Below are positions 8,746 to 17,939 of a stretch of 47,855 bases of DNA, piece after piece (positions within the stretch are counted from its first letter, which is position 1; the number at the start of each line of letters is the position of its first letter). Made by a program: the position numbers and the translations under genes. The stretch lies in assembly GCA_937936325.1 (NCBI GenBank), contig CALGWV010000031.1:1-47855 (forward strand), given 5' to 3'. The DNA is from an uncultured Bdellovibrionales bacterium. GTDB taxonomy: Bacteria > Bdellovibrionota > Bdellovibrionia > Bdellovibrionales > UBA1609. The notes below the pieces were generated by a model, which worked only from the letters and a program-made list of their open reading frames with translations, searched no databases and had not been told where the DNA came from.

Positions 8746-10161
8746 TTAGATCTTTATTTTGGGCTTTCCGAAACGCTTGCTGAGTCTGGATTTTTTAGGT
8801 GGTGCAGGTGTTGGGGCCTGCCTGGAGCCTTTGCCTCCTCCCATAAGGCCTCCCAGCCCACCGCCTCCATTCATCATTTGGGCCATCATGGTTTGGGCTT
8901 GCTCAAACTGTTTGATGAATTTATTCACCTTTTGAATGTCTTGGCCAGAACCTTTGGCAATTCTGATTTTTCTAGAGCCATTGAGGATCTTATGATCAGC
9001 ACGTTCCTGCTTGGTCATGGAGCCGATCATAGCTTCAATCTTTTTCATTTCGTCTTCTGGTAGGGCCTGGTCTTTCATTTGCTTCATGGCTTGGCCCATT
9101 CCTGGGAGCATGCCCATGAGGCTGGATATTCCTCCCATTTTCTTCATCATGTGGAGCTGTTTGAGAAAATCCTCAACAGTGAACTTATTTTTAGCCATTT
9201 TTTCTGCGGCTTTTTTGGCTTCATCTTCATCAAAAACCTCCTGGGCTTTTTCAACAAGACTGACCACATCTCCTCGGTCTAAAATACGGGAAGCCAGGCG
9301 ATCCGGGTGAAAGACTTCTAAGGCTGTGAGTTTTTCACCCACACCCATGAGTTTTATAGGGACACCCACTGAGTGGCGAATACTTAAGGCCGCACCACCT
9401 CGAGCGTCCCCGTCCATCTTTGTCATCACAAGACCTGTGAGCTCCAAATCTTGGTGAAAACCCTGGGCTACATTCACAGACTGCTGCCCTAACATGGCAT
9501 CGGCCACAAGTAAGACTTCAGAGGGTTTGGCTATTTGTTTTAAATCTTTAAGCTCTCCCATGAGAGCCTCATCAATTTGCAACCTTCCGGCAGTATCCAA
9601 AATCATCACATCATAATTGTTATCTTTTGCCCACTGAGTGGCCTCTTTTAGAATATCTGGAGGGGAAGACTCAGCAGAAGATCCAAAACAGGGAACTCCA
9701 ATTTGAGCCCCCAAAGTTTGAAGCTGATCTATGGCTGCTGGACGATAGACATCCAAAGGGACAAGACAGGGTTTGCGTTTGAGCTTTTTTCTTAAGTGCA
9801 GAGCCAGTTTTCCACAAGTTGTGGTTTTCCCCACACCCTGGAGCCCGACAAGCATCACTGAAGATAAACCTGAAGTGAGATTCAACTCTCCTGTGCCCCC
9901 ACCTAAAATGTCGACAAGTTCATCAAAAATAATTTTAGTGAATTGCTGATCTGGAGTGACACTTTTGATGACATCTTCACCCAGGGCTTTTTCTTTAACC
10001 CTAGATATGAACTCTTTAACGACCTTGAAGTTCACATCGGCTTCCAGCAAGCCCATGCGAATGTCTTTAATCACAGCTTCAATATTTTTTTCGGATAAGC
10101 GGCCTTGGCCTCTTAAGTTTTTAATGGATCCTAACAGTTTATCTGAAAGCTGTGTAAACAT
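8746..10161 (-). CDS. ffh: Signal recognition particle protein Ffh
   Basis: N domain, SRP54 GTPase motifs (GLQGVGKTTTCGKLA, DTAGRL, TKMDGDARGG) and a Met-rich M domain (MKKMGGISSLMGMLPGMG). Confidence 0.95.
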   Translation of the reverse strand: MFTQLSDKLLGSIKNLRGQGRLSEKNIEAVIKDIRMGLLEADVNFKVVKEFISRVKEKALGEDVIKSVTPDQQFTKIIFDELVDILGGGTGELNLTSGLSSVMLVGLQGVGKTTTCGKLALHLRKKLKRKPCLVPLDVYRPAAIDQLQTLGAQIGVPCFGSSAESSPPDILKEATQWAKDNNYDVMILDTAGRLQIDEALMGELKDLKQIAKPSEVLLVADAMLGQQSVNVAQGFHQDLELTGLVMTKMDGDARGGAALSIRHSVGVPIKLMGVGEKLTALEVFHPDRLASRILDRGDVVSLVEKAQEVFDEDEAKKAAEKMAKNKFTVEDFLKQLHMMKKMGGISSLMGMLPGMGQAMKQMKDQALPEDEMKKIEAMIGSMTKQERADHKILNGSRKIRIAKGSGQDIQKVNKFIKQFEQAQTMMAQMMNGGGGLGGLMGGGKGSRQAPTPAPPKKSRLSKRFGKPKIKI

Positions 10162-10181
10162 ATTTTATTGCCTTAAAAAAA

Positions 10182-10997
10182 TTACCATCTTTGAAATCTT
10201 CCGTTTTTTACAGAATAATAAGCCGCTGCGTGGAAGGCCACTAAGCTTAAACACGACACCACAATGGATTTAACCAAGGGCACATCGGTCTGACCTAGAA
10301 CAGCGTACCTGACCCCATTTATAAAATAAAGCATGGGATTATACAAAGAAACATTTTGCCAAAATTCAGACAAGTTTTCCAAGGAGAAAAACACCCCCCC
10401 TAAAAAAATCAATGGCGTGATCACAAAAGCCCCGATAGCGGACATTTGATCGAAGGTTTTAGCATAAAAAGCGGCAATCAAGCCGATTTTAGCAAAAGCC
10501 AAGCCTCCAATCATAAGGAAAAAAAGCAATGTCATTGGCGAATGTATCCCAAGATACTCCCCGATTTCGACCTTCATAAAGACTTGTCCCACTAAAAATG
10601 TCAGGGCTGCGACCATCAAACCCCTAATAAGGCCCCCAAAGCTCAAAGCCCAAACAATTTGTGAAGGACTTAAAGGGACCACCTTCCAATCCTCAACATC
10701 TCCGCTGAACTTACCACTCACAATAGAGCTCGACGCGTTTTGAAAGGCATTATTCAGGCAGGCCATCATCACCAAGCCCGGAATTAAAAAGGCCAAATAA
10801 GGAATACCACTTTGCAGCTGGATGCTACTCCCCAAGCTCACTCCAAAAATCAATAAATAGAGTGCTGAGTTTACAAGAGGGGTCATCACTGTTTGGAAGA
10901 CCACCTTAAGATACCTGCGGATCTCTCTCCATAAAAGGGATAAAAATGGATTCCACCTAAGGTGACTAAAATTATCTGATGATGGTTTTTGCTTCAT
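10182..10997 (-). CDS. ABC-2 type transporter permease
   Basis: 271 aa with about 6 TM helices. Placed 1 nt after the upstream ATPase gene (stop 10999, start 10997). Confidence 0.8.
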   Translation of the reverse strand: MKQKPSSDNFSHLRWNPFLSLLWREIRRYLKVVFQTVMTPLVNSALYLLIFGVSLGSSIQLQSGIPYLAFLIPGLVMMACLNNAFQNASSSIVSGKFSGDVEDWKVVPLSPSQIVWALSFGGLIRGLMVAALTFLVGQVFMKVEIGEYLGIHSPMTLLFFLMIGGLAFAKIGLIAAFYAKTFDQMSAIGAFVITPLIFLGGVFFSLENLSEFWQNVSLYNPMLYFINGVRYAVLGQTDVPLVKSIVVSCLSLVAFHAAAYYSVKNGRFQRW

Positions 10998-10998
10998 A

Positions 10999-11889
10999 CT
11001 AAGCTCTCCCTAAAATATTTAAAAAGGCTTCTTCGAGACTCCCCTCTTGAATAGAAATATCTAGAATGGCCTCAAGGGGCAAACCTGTTTTAGCGAGTAA
11101 GGCCCCTAGGCTTTCTTCAGACGGAATTTTAAAATTAAGGGTCGAGCCCATGAGACTGTATTCTCCTTTTACTTTTTTTAAGTCTTCTGCGCTGAGATTC
11201 GTTTTAATTTGAACCCTTCGAAAGGTCAGATCTTGAATCAATTCTTTTGTCGGCCCTACTTTTTGTAAACGCCCTTGGTGTAAAATACCAACACGGTCAC
11301 AAAGAGCTTCTGCTTCTTCTAGATAATGGGTGGTGAGCAAAATTGTCACACCCGAATCTCTGAGCTCACGAACAAACTCCCAAAGAGAATTTCTCAACTC
11401 AATATCCACACCGGCCGTAGGCTCATCCAGCAAAAGAAGCTTAGGCTTATGCACTAGAGCTTTAGCAATGAGTAGACGTCGCTTCATCCCCCCGCTCAGG
11501 TGTTTCACTTTTTTATCTTTGTGGGGCATAAGCCCCAAGCGTTCAAGTAAAAAATGGATTTGCTTTTTGTTGTTAAGTCTTCCGAAGTATCCGGAGTGAA
11601 ACTTTAAAATTTCTTCTACACTGAAATACCCGTGGTTGACGATCTCTTGGGGGACATAGCCCAAAAGACTTTTCACTTTCTTGGGACTATCCGCCACTTC
11701 GAAACCAAAAACTTTCACAGACCCCGAGGTCGGCTCTTCTAAGCTCACAATTGTGGCGATGGTTGAGGTTTTTCCCGCTCCATTTGGACCTAAAAGTCCA
11801 AATATTTCACCAGGCTGTAGGGCTATCGAAAGATGATCCACAGCTGTGAAGTCACCATATTTTTTGACAAGATCTTGAATCACTAACAT
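10999..11889 (-). CDS. ABC transporter ATP-binding protein (ABC-2 exporter partner)
   Basis: Walker A GPNGAGKTS, signature LSGGMKRRL, Walker B LLLLDEPTAG. Start moved to the ATG at 11889 (MLVIQDLVKKYGD), because the longer ORF reaches into a repeat element. Confidence 0.9.
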   Translation of the reverse strand: MLVIQDLVKKYGDFTAVDHLSIALQPGEIFGLLGPNGAGKTSTIATIVSLEEPTSGSVKVFGFEVADSPKKVKSLLGYVPQEIVNHGYFSVEEILKFHSGYFGRLNNKKQIHFLLERLGLMPHKDKKVKHLSGGMKRRLLIAKALVHKPKLLLLDEPTAGVDIELRNSLWEFVRELRDSGVTILLTTHYLEEAEALCDRVGILHQGRLQKVGPTKELIQDLTFRRVQIKTNLSAEDLKKVKGEYSLMGSTLNFKIPSEESLGALLAKTGLPLEAILDISIQEGSLEEAFLNILGRA

Positions 11890-11967
11890 GAAAACAGTAT
11901 ACACGTGGAGATTGAGAAACTTAAGTCTCGCCTGCACCGAATAGAGCTGTACCCAATGGCTAGAGTT

Positions 11968-12138
11968 AATCATTTATCAGAATTTTTAAGTTCCTAGAAT
12001 CCAAACGAAGCCCACTTACGGCCGCAGAGCATCTCCCGGAGTGCGCTATGAATACATATCACACTCCAAGATATGCACTGTCGCGACGCTCAATGCTTCT
12101 TTTGGATTCTAGGAACTTAAAAATTCTGATAAATGATT
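11968..12138. repeat. Hairpin/MITE-like element with perfect 38-bp terminal inverted repeats (171 bp)
   Basis: AATCATTTATCAGAATTTTTAAGTTCCTAGAATCCAAA (11968-12005) is the exact reverse complement of 12101-12138. The 95-bp core is GC-richer and has internal pairing (GGAGTG...CACTCC). Confidence 0.8.
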
Positions 12139-12249
12139 AACTCCTTCAAAAAAGGAGGCAAAATCCCCGTACAGAATAGAATATTTACATAGCTTGTGGA
12201 TTCCATTAGTATTCAGTAAAAAATTAGGAAATTAAGGATACTGGTTGTT

Positions 12250-13179
12250 TTGAAGACTTTCTCTATTGCTACCTTTTATAAATTTTTCTCTTGGCCTGAA
12301 AGCTTGGATCTCATCCAAGAGGCTGAGAACTTGGAAATATGGTGTGTCTCTCAAAATTTACTGGGCCTTATTATTATGGGACCGGAAGGGATAAATGCCA
12401 CTATTTCTGGTGAGACAGAAGCTGAAGTTTTGAAGCTGAAGATTAAGCTAGAGAACCTGGCTCAATGTGGAGAGCTTCACTTTAAGTTTTCGAGCTCACC
12501 TATAAGATCTTTCAAACGCATGAGGGTGAAACACAAAACTGAAATCGTGACCTTAGGGGATCCGTCTATAAGGCCTGAGGCCAAGATAAACTCTCATCTG
12601 ACTCCGGAAGAGTGGAAACAAAGTTTGACTGAGGATGCTGTTGTTATAGATGTTCGCAACGAATTTGAAATTGAGCTCGGTCGATTTAAAGGGGCTCTAG
12701 ATCTAAAAATGCAGGAGTTCACAGAATTTCCTGAAATTATAAAAAATTCTAAAATAAATAAAGATCAAAAAGTTCTGATGTATTGCACCGGCGGCATTCG
12801 CTGTGAAAAAGCTTCTATTGAAATGAAGCGCCAAGGCTATAAAAATGTTTATCAGCTTAAGGGGGGTATCCTTGAGTACATCAAAGAATTTCCGAATACT
12901 GATTTTGAAGGTGAGTGTTTTGTTTTTGATCATCGTGTGGCTTTAGATCAAAAGCTTCAACCGACTAAAACAAAGTTTCTTTGCCCCCATTGTGGGCAAC
13001 CTGGTGAGGGAAAGGGCTTTGGTTGTCTTCATTGTAAGAGTGAGTCTCAAGTTTGCAAAAAATGCTTAAAACTAGGAGAAGTTAAAGAAGATCAAAGCCT
13101 TAAAACCTGCAGCAAAAACTGTCGTCATCATTACAATAGAGTCCAAGATCTAAAGACAAAAACTGAATCTCACTTATAA
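12250..13179 (+). CDS. trhO: Rhodanese-domain tRNA uridine(34) hydroxylase (UPF0176/YceA family)
   Basis: N-terminal UPF0176 domain (ATFYKF...GLIIMGPEGINATISG), rhodanese active-site loop YCTGGIRCEKAS and a Cys-rich C-terminal tail. TTG start as given in the ORF track. Confidence 0.85.
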   Translation: MKTFSIATFYKFFSWPESLDLIQEAENLEIWCVSQNLLGLIIMGPEGINATISGETEAEVLKLKIKLENLAQCGELHFKFSSSPIRSFKRMRVKHKTEIVTLGDPSIRPEAKINSHLTPEEWKQSLTEDAVVIDVRNEFEIELGRFKGALDLKMQEFTEFPEIIKNSKINKDQKVLMYCTGGIRCEKASIEMKRQGYKNVYQLKGGILEYIKEFPNTDFEGECFVFDHRVALDQKLQPTKTKFLCPHCGQPGEGKGFGCLHCKSESQVCKKCLKLGEVKEDQSLKTCSKNCRHHYNRVQDLKTKTESHL

Positions 13180-13235
13180 TGTTTTTTTAAGGCTGTTGAC
13201 AAACTTCGGAGCTACGGGCAGTGTTGTCTTTCAGG

Positions 13236-13312
<77 letters not shown>

Positions 13313-13333
13313 ATTTTCATTGGTAAAATATCC

Positions 13334-13364
13334 AAAAAGCCCTCATCGAAAGAGGGCTTTTTTG
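13334..13364. terminator. Bidirectional rho-independent terminator after the tRNA
   Basis: AAAAA-GCCCTC-ATCGAAA-GAGGGC-TTTTTT. Confidence 0.7.
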
Positions 13365-13443
13365 TTTGAAGTCTAAGCATTCAATATCACTACATTTAAC
13401 AAGCTAGGTGTCTATTGGCCGTCAGTTTTTCTAAGTTGGCTTG

Positions 13444-13536
13444 AGGTCACTGTAGGTCACAGTGAAATCAAGTAAGTGGTTCCTCGATGGTTCCTTTGTG
13501 GTTCCTCCGATTTTGGAGGGGTCAAAAAGTGGTTCC
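13444..13536. promoter_or_regulatory. Cluster of helically phased direct repeats (candidate protein-binding array)
   Basis: TGGTTCC occurs at 13477, 13488, 13499 and 13530 (spacings 11, 11, 31 bp). AGGTCAC occurs twice, at 13444 and 13454 (10 bp apart). The cluster lies between the tRNA and the first accessory gene. Confidence 0.5.
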
Positions 13537-13607
13537 CTCAGGAGCGAGTCACCACTTGGAGATATTCGGCTGCTTTCTCTCATTTGAAACGATAAGGAGG
13601 AATACAG

Positions 13608-14048
13608 ATGAGCAAAAAGACAGAGAAGAAAAATAGAAACATTTTTAAGGCCATTAGGGTTAAAGATGAAACGAAGAAAGTTGTAGATTCTTTTTTGAAA
13701 GATATTAACTCCAAAAAAGAAAGTGGCAAGATTACACACGATATCTTGCTTAACTTTTTAATTCAAAATGTCACAAAGGAGGAGATTGAATGCCTCAAAC
13801 TGACAAATCTGACATGGGAAATTGAAGGTTCCAGAATCAGACAACTTTATGAAAAAGAAAATAACAAAGTTTCAGACAATATGTGGATGCAGTTTATTCA
13901 AACTGATGAATACAGAGGTTTTGCAAAACTACATTCGAGACTCCCTTTACCTTGGGAGCAACCACTTGAAATGTTCACTTCTAAGAGCAGAAAAAAGAAC
14001 TTGACCAAGAATAACAATAATGTTATTCTTGAGGCTGAGTCGGCATGA
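13608..14048 (+). CDS. Hypothetical basic protein (possible ribbon-helix-helix-like N-terminus)
   Basis: GGAGG RBS at 13596-13600. Its stop overlaps the next gene's start (ATGA at 14045). No recognisable catalytic motif. Confidence 0.55.
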   Translation: MSKKTEKKNRNIFKAIRVKDETKKVVDSFLKDINSKKESGKITHDILLNFLIQNVTKEEIECLKLTNLTWEIEGSRIRQLYEKENNKVSDNMWMQFIQTDEYRGFAKLHSRLPLPWEQPLEMFTSKSRKKNLTKNNNNVILEAESA

Positions 14049-14359
14049 AGCAGATAAAAATGTTTTATTCCTCAAAAGGCTTTGTTCCCTTTGAGGAATG
14101 GCTTTTGAAACTACCGGATGTCATACAAGGGAGTATTTTAAAATACGTTAATCGTGTGGCAGCTGGCGGCTCAAGGAAAAATATTCGCTCTCTTGGAAAT
14201 GGAGTTTTTGAGATCAAAATAGATCAAGGCCCTGGCTACAGGATCTACTTTGGAGAAGTTGAAAATGTAATAATTCTTCTTCTCTTAGGTGGAGATAAAT
14301 CTACTCAGAAACGAGACATTTCGACAGCGAAAAAGTATTGGAGGCTATACAATGTATAG
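14045..14359 (+). CDS. Type II toxin, RelE/ParE superfamily, HigB/Gp49-like
   Basis: 104 aa. The pattern FEEWL...[43 protein letters not shown] is typical of the Gp49/HigB-like killer family. The toxin-first order and 8-nt overlap with the next ORF also fit. Confidence 0.7.
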   Translation: MKQIKMFYSSKGFVPFEEWLLKLPDVIQGSILKYVNRVAAGGSRKNIRSLGNGVFEIKIDQGPGYRIYFGEVENVIILLLLGGDKSTQKRDISTAKKYWRLYNV

Positions 14360-14648
14360 AACAAAATCATTTGATAAATTGTTATCTAAGCAGCTCCAAA
14401 ACTCTGAAGTTGCTAGAGGCTATATAATAGAGTCTATGTCTGGAGATGAACCACTAACTTTAGTAGAAGCGTTACTAGATCTAATGGACACGATGGGACA
14501 TAAGGAGTACGCCAAACTTGTTAAAATGCAACCTTCAGCTATCGCTAGAATTGTTGCAAAAGGTGACATTCCAAAAATTGAAACCCTCAATAGACTTCTT
14601 GCTCCTTTTCAACTTCGAGCAAAACTTGATGTTGAAAAAGTTGCTTAA
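14352..14648 (+). CDS. Cognate antitoxin (addiction-module antidote, HTH-type)
   Basis: Start ATG at 14352 overlaps the toxin stop (ATGTATAG). About 98 aa. The segment [33 protein letters not shown] resembles an HTH region. Confidence 0.65.
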   Translation: MYRTKSFDKLLSKQLQNSEVARGYIIESMSGDEPLTLVEALLDLMDTMGHKEYAKLVKMQPSAIARIVAKGDIPKIETLNRLLAPFQLRAKLDVEKVA

Positions 14649-14675
14649 CTTTCTTATCAACCTAGAGGAAGTGGT

Positions 14676-15143
14676 CTAAACCACTTCCTCTTTTAAGTTG
14701 TCACAAATATACTTTTGAATATCACTACGCCAGTAGTCTTCACCTGCGATTTCGATTATTTCATTGTCTTCTTTTAGCATATCGATATGTTCGTTGACGG
14801 CAATTTGAAAAGAAATAGGATCTAGTCTCTTGATTGCATCAATTGGGTCTACCTCAACCCAGCCAACCTTAACTGTTTCAGGATAACAATCTCGCAGTGA
14901 CTCTTCAGCAAAATCTTCATCTACGGGTGAACAATTTTCTGAAATAAGCTGTTCAATAATCCAATCAGTGCCGTATTCAACTCCATAGCCTTCTAACAAT
15001 CTCATATTGTCATTAGAGCCACATTTCTGACAGTGAATGCCTTTTACTGAAATATAGCACGTGTAGCAAAATGGCTTTGATTTCTGATATGCGATAGTTT
15101 CTAAATTGTTAAAAAGTTCTGAGTTTTCATTTTCTATGTTCAT
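14676..15143 (-). CDS. Hypothetical acidic protein with a putative zinc-ribbon (CxxC...CxxC)
   Basis: Start moved to the ATG at 15143 (MNIENEN). Contains CYTCYISVKGIHCQKCG. Strongly acidic C-terminal half. Confidence 0.5.
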   Translation of the reverse strand: MNIENENSELFNNLETIAYQKSKPFCYTCYISVKGIHCQKCGSNDNMRLLEGYGVEYGTDWIIEQLISENCSPVDEDFAEESLRDCYPETVKVGWVEVDPIDAIKRLDPISFQIAVNEHIDMLKEDNEIIEIAGEDYWRSDIQKYICDNLKEEVV

Positions 15144-15180
15144 AGATAAAAATCCCTTTCTTAAGCCAAAAGGCCCCCGC

Positions 15181-15408
15181 TTAAGCGGAAGCCTTTTTGT
15201 TATTTTTAATGGCTGCAATGTAGTTTTGTTTTGAGAGTTCTTTTCTCTCCTTTATCTGTTTTTCAGATACAAACTCCCCATCCTTTTTGGTGTAAGCAAT
15301 CCCAAGGTGGTACTTGATTAAGTTTGTGCTGAAGAAAGCTGTTTGATCTCCAATTTTTACTACGAATGTGTTTCCGTCTCTGCTTAGTTTGATTGATGTG
15401 TTTTCCAT
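15181..15408 (-). CDS. Hypothetical small protein
   Basis: 75-aa ORF with a GGAGG-containing RBS (reverse complement of 15416-15422). Probably co-transcribed with 14676-15143. Confidence 0.45.
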   Translation of the reverse strand: MENTSIKLSRDGNTFVVKIGDQTAFFSTNLIKYHLGIAYTKKDGEFVSEKQIKERKELSKQNYIAAIKNNKKASA

Positions 15409-15927
15409 ATTATTACCCTCCTAAAGGTTTCGGTTTCGAGGTCTTCCGAAGTGGAAGGCCCTTTCACCCCAGCTGAAGGGCCCTTCTAACGTAGGCTTTT
15501 TAGCTTCAGAATTGATTTGTTGCCCATTCGTAAGTGAAACGGCAATCATGAATGACAGGAGTCCCTACAAGGGCGTATGGCGTGAATGATGCAGAAATGG
15601 ATCAGCTACAAATTAATGGCGAAGCTTTTTACGAAACTAGGAGCGTGATAGATAAAACACTTAATCTTTTAAAACTTAAGAGGAACTCAATTTAAAAAAA
15701 TAGATCAGCTTTTCTCAAACAACCTCCTCAATGCCTGGGCAAAAGGAGGCTGTTATCGAAAATAAAACTGATAATAATGAAATTACAATTAAGTTGAACA
15801 TCAAGTTCCAAGCTAGAAAATATGAGCTTAAAATTACATCCAAGAGAAAATGGATTTTAGCCGTAATAATTTTGGGGATAAAATTCTTAACTAGATTTTT
15901 TACATACTAAGTATGAATAAAATAGTA

Positions 15928-16305
15928 TCAATCATGTTCAATAAATGTTTTTGCTTCTATAGTACCATTGCAAAATATTTTCGTATGATGAGTTAGGTCA
16001 TAACCCTCTTCTCCATACCCATAGGTTATAAACAGATGGAACCCCTCTTTAGGGTGAAACTTATAATCACTGTTTAAGAATAGATCTACCATTCCACCAA
16101 GAGTTTCATCATGGCCACCATAATTAATTGTAATTGAGTATTGATCATCGAAAATTTGACTAAGTGGTGATTCTGAAGAAGATAAAAAATACTCGTAGTA
16201 CATTATATTTGCAGCGTATTTCGCAGCAAAATCTTTCGACATACAATCTGCATTCGCATTAAAATTAAATATAAACAGAAAAAAAATAATTTTTAAAATG
16301 AACAT
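15928..16305 (-). CDS. Small secreted protein of unknown function
   Basis: Signal peptide MFILKIIFFLFIFNFNANA. GGAGAGG RBS upstream. Confidence 0.55.
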   Translation of the reverse strand: MFILKIIFFLFIFNFNANADCMSKDFAAKYAANIMYYEYFLSSSESPLSQIFDDQYSITINYGGHDETLGGMVDLFLNSDYKFHPKEGFHLFITYGYGEEGYDLTHHTKIFCNGTIEAKTFIEHD

Positions 16306-16558
16306 AACCTCTCCTTTTTTACTCAGCCTTAGTTAACAAGAAGATTCATTGACTTCAATAAAAATTAATTTACATAGTCTATACACATCCTAGACTAGTT
16401 AGAAATTATAGCCGGTCAATACCTATGGCTCTTTGGGGGGCGTTTGATAAGTGAAAATGACCCTTTCTAATAACTATTTACAGCACACATCCTTGAAGAA
16501 TGGATTTCTTTAGAAGAAAAATCTTCAAAATTCCCACTAAAACTGATAGTTTAATGAG

Positions 16559-17371
16559 ATGTCTTCTTCTGCTGTCACAAAATCTAAGGTCTTAATTTCT
16601 AAAATGGATTGCCCCTCTGAAATTAAAATCATAGAAAGCTCAATTGAAAATAAGTACCCTGACATAGTTATTGAATTTGATTTAAGCACTCAGTCAGCCT
16701 GTTTTTACCATCGGTGTGAGATAGAAAATATATTAGACATTTTAAAAAAAATTAATCTGCCAGGGAAACTTCTGTCAACAGCGCAAATTTCAAAGAAAGA
16801 AGCTCCTGTAAAAAAGCCAAGCATTGAGTCAAAAACACTAATTATTTTACTACTAATTAATTTAATTATGTTTTTTGTAGAAGTTTTTTTAGGTTTAATC
16901 TCAAGTTCAACGGGGCTTATAGCAGATGGATTAGATATGCTTGCGGACGCTTTCGTGTATGGAGTCAGCTTATATGCAGTTCATAGGAGTATTAAAGCTA
17001 AAAAAAGAGCTGCTTTAATTAGTGGTATAGCTCAAATTAGTTTGGGTGTACTTTGCATAGCAGAAGTAACTAGAAAATTTATATATGGAAGTGAACCACT
17101 GTCTACTTATATGATCCTTGTTTCGGTGATCGCTTTGGCTGCAAACCTTACTTGTCTGGCGTTGATTTATAAACACAAGGATGGCGAAGTTCATATGAAA
17201 GCTAGCTGGATATTTTCAGCGAATGATGTCTTGGTAAACTTGAGTGTTATTTTTTCAGGACTATTGGTATATTTTTTAGATTCAAATTATCCAGACCTAG
17301 CTGTTGGCACTATCGTGTCTATTGTCGTTATTAGAGGTGGTTTTTCTATAGTTAAAATGTCGAAAGAGTAG
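16559..17371 (+). CDS. Cation-diffusion-facilitator-type membrane domain with an N-terminal HMA-like domain (no cytoplasmic C-terminal domain)
   Basis: N-terminal SKMDCPSEIKIIESSI... resembles a heavy-metal-associated fold. Six TM helices carry the CDF-like site GLIADGLDMLADAFVY. The protein ends right after TM6. Confidence 0.65.
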   Translation: MSSSAVTKSKVLISKMDCPSEIKIIESSIENKYPDIVIEFDLSTQSACFYHRCEIENILDILKKINLPGKLLSTAQISKKEAPVKKPSIESKTLIILLLINLIMFFVEVFLGLISSSTGLIADGLDMLADAFVYGVSLYAVHRSIKAKKRAALISGIAQISLGVLCIAEVTRKFIYGSEPLSTYMILVSVIALAANLTCLALIYKHKDGEVHMKASWIFSANDVLVNLSVIFSGLLVYFLDSNYPDLAVGTIVSIVVIRGGFSIVKMSKE

Positions 17372-17573
17372 TGGTGTTTTAAACCTAAAGTAAATATAAA
17401 AATAGCCTCGGCAAGACAAGATTGCCAATAGTCAAAGTTATGATATAATCTTTAACGTAAACAGAAGTCTCAAGTTTTTTCTTGTTCGATCTTGAATTAA
17501 AGGCACTCAAAATTATAAAATTTTTGCTCCGGGTGAACGTACACGCTAGCTGCACGCTTTTTCAAAATCTAAT

Positions 17574-17939
17574 CTAATTAATTTTGAGTACGCCTGCTTT
17601 CATGCCCATTCCACAAAGAAGCTTCACCTCTTTTTTTTCTTTGTAATCGCCAATTTCAAACTTTACTTTTTTATTCAATGGCAATTCTATTAATTTCCCA
17701 GTCTTTGGATGCTTCAGGTTTTTCATACAAGTTTTGTCTGTAGTTCTTGTTATATTTAGAACAATCTTCTCTCCTTTCTTGAACTTTAATTCTGATTTTG
17801 GAACGAACCCTTTTTTCCCGATTTCAACAGAGACGGCCTTAACAACAATCTCTTGATGATGATCCTCATCTTCGTGCCCATAGTCCGCAAAACCAGAACT
17901 GCCAAAAACTAAAATTGTCACAAAAAATAATGCTTTCAT
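17574..17939 (-). CDS. Periplasmic cupredoxin-like metal-binding protein
   Basis: Signal peptide, a His/Asp/Glu-rich start (YGHEDEDHHQE), a beta-rich body and a C-terminal CGMGM motif. It overlaps the cusA stop by 4 nt, so it is the last gene of the operon. Confidence 0.6.
   Translation of the reverse strand: MKALFFVTILVFGSSGFADYGHEDEDHHQEIVVKAVSVEIGKKGFVPKSELKFKKGEKIVLNITRTTDKTCMKNLKHPKTGKLIELPLNKKVKFEIGDYKEKKEVKLLCGMGMKAGVLKIN

Noticed and set aside
10999-11973. Long form of the ABC ATPase (324 aa)
   Set aside because: The extra 28 codons start inside the 38-bp inverted repeat and do not resemble an ABC N-terminus. The internal MLVIQDLVKKYGD start at 11889 is canonical.
13431-13739. 102-aa minus-strand ORF next to the tRNA, considered as a possible integrase remnant
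   Set aside because: It has no integrase motifs (no R..HxxR..Y pattern). It overlaps the repeat array and the RBS and start of the plus-strand gene at 13608. The ORF is probably fortuitous.
15530-15700. Possible gene remnant reading GVPTRAYGVNDAEMDQLQINGEAFYETRSVIDKTLNLL on the plus strand
   Set aside because: It has no start codon, is short and matches no family I can recognise. I cannot distinguish it from chance with the information available.
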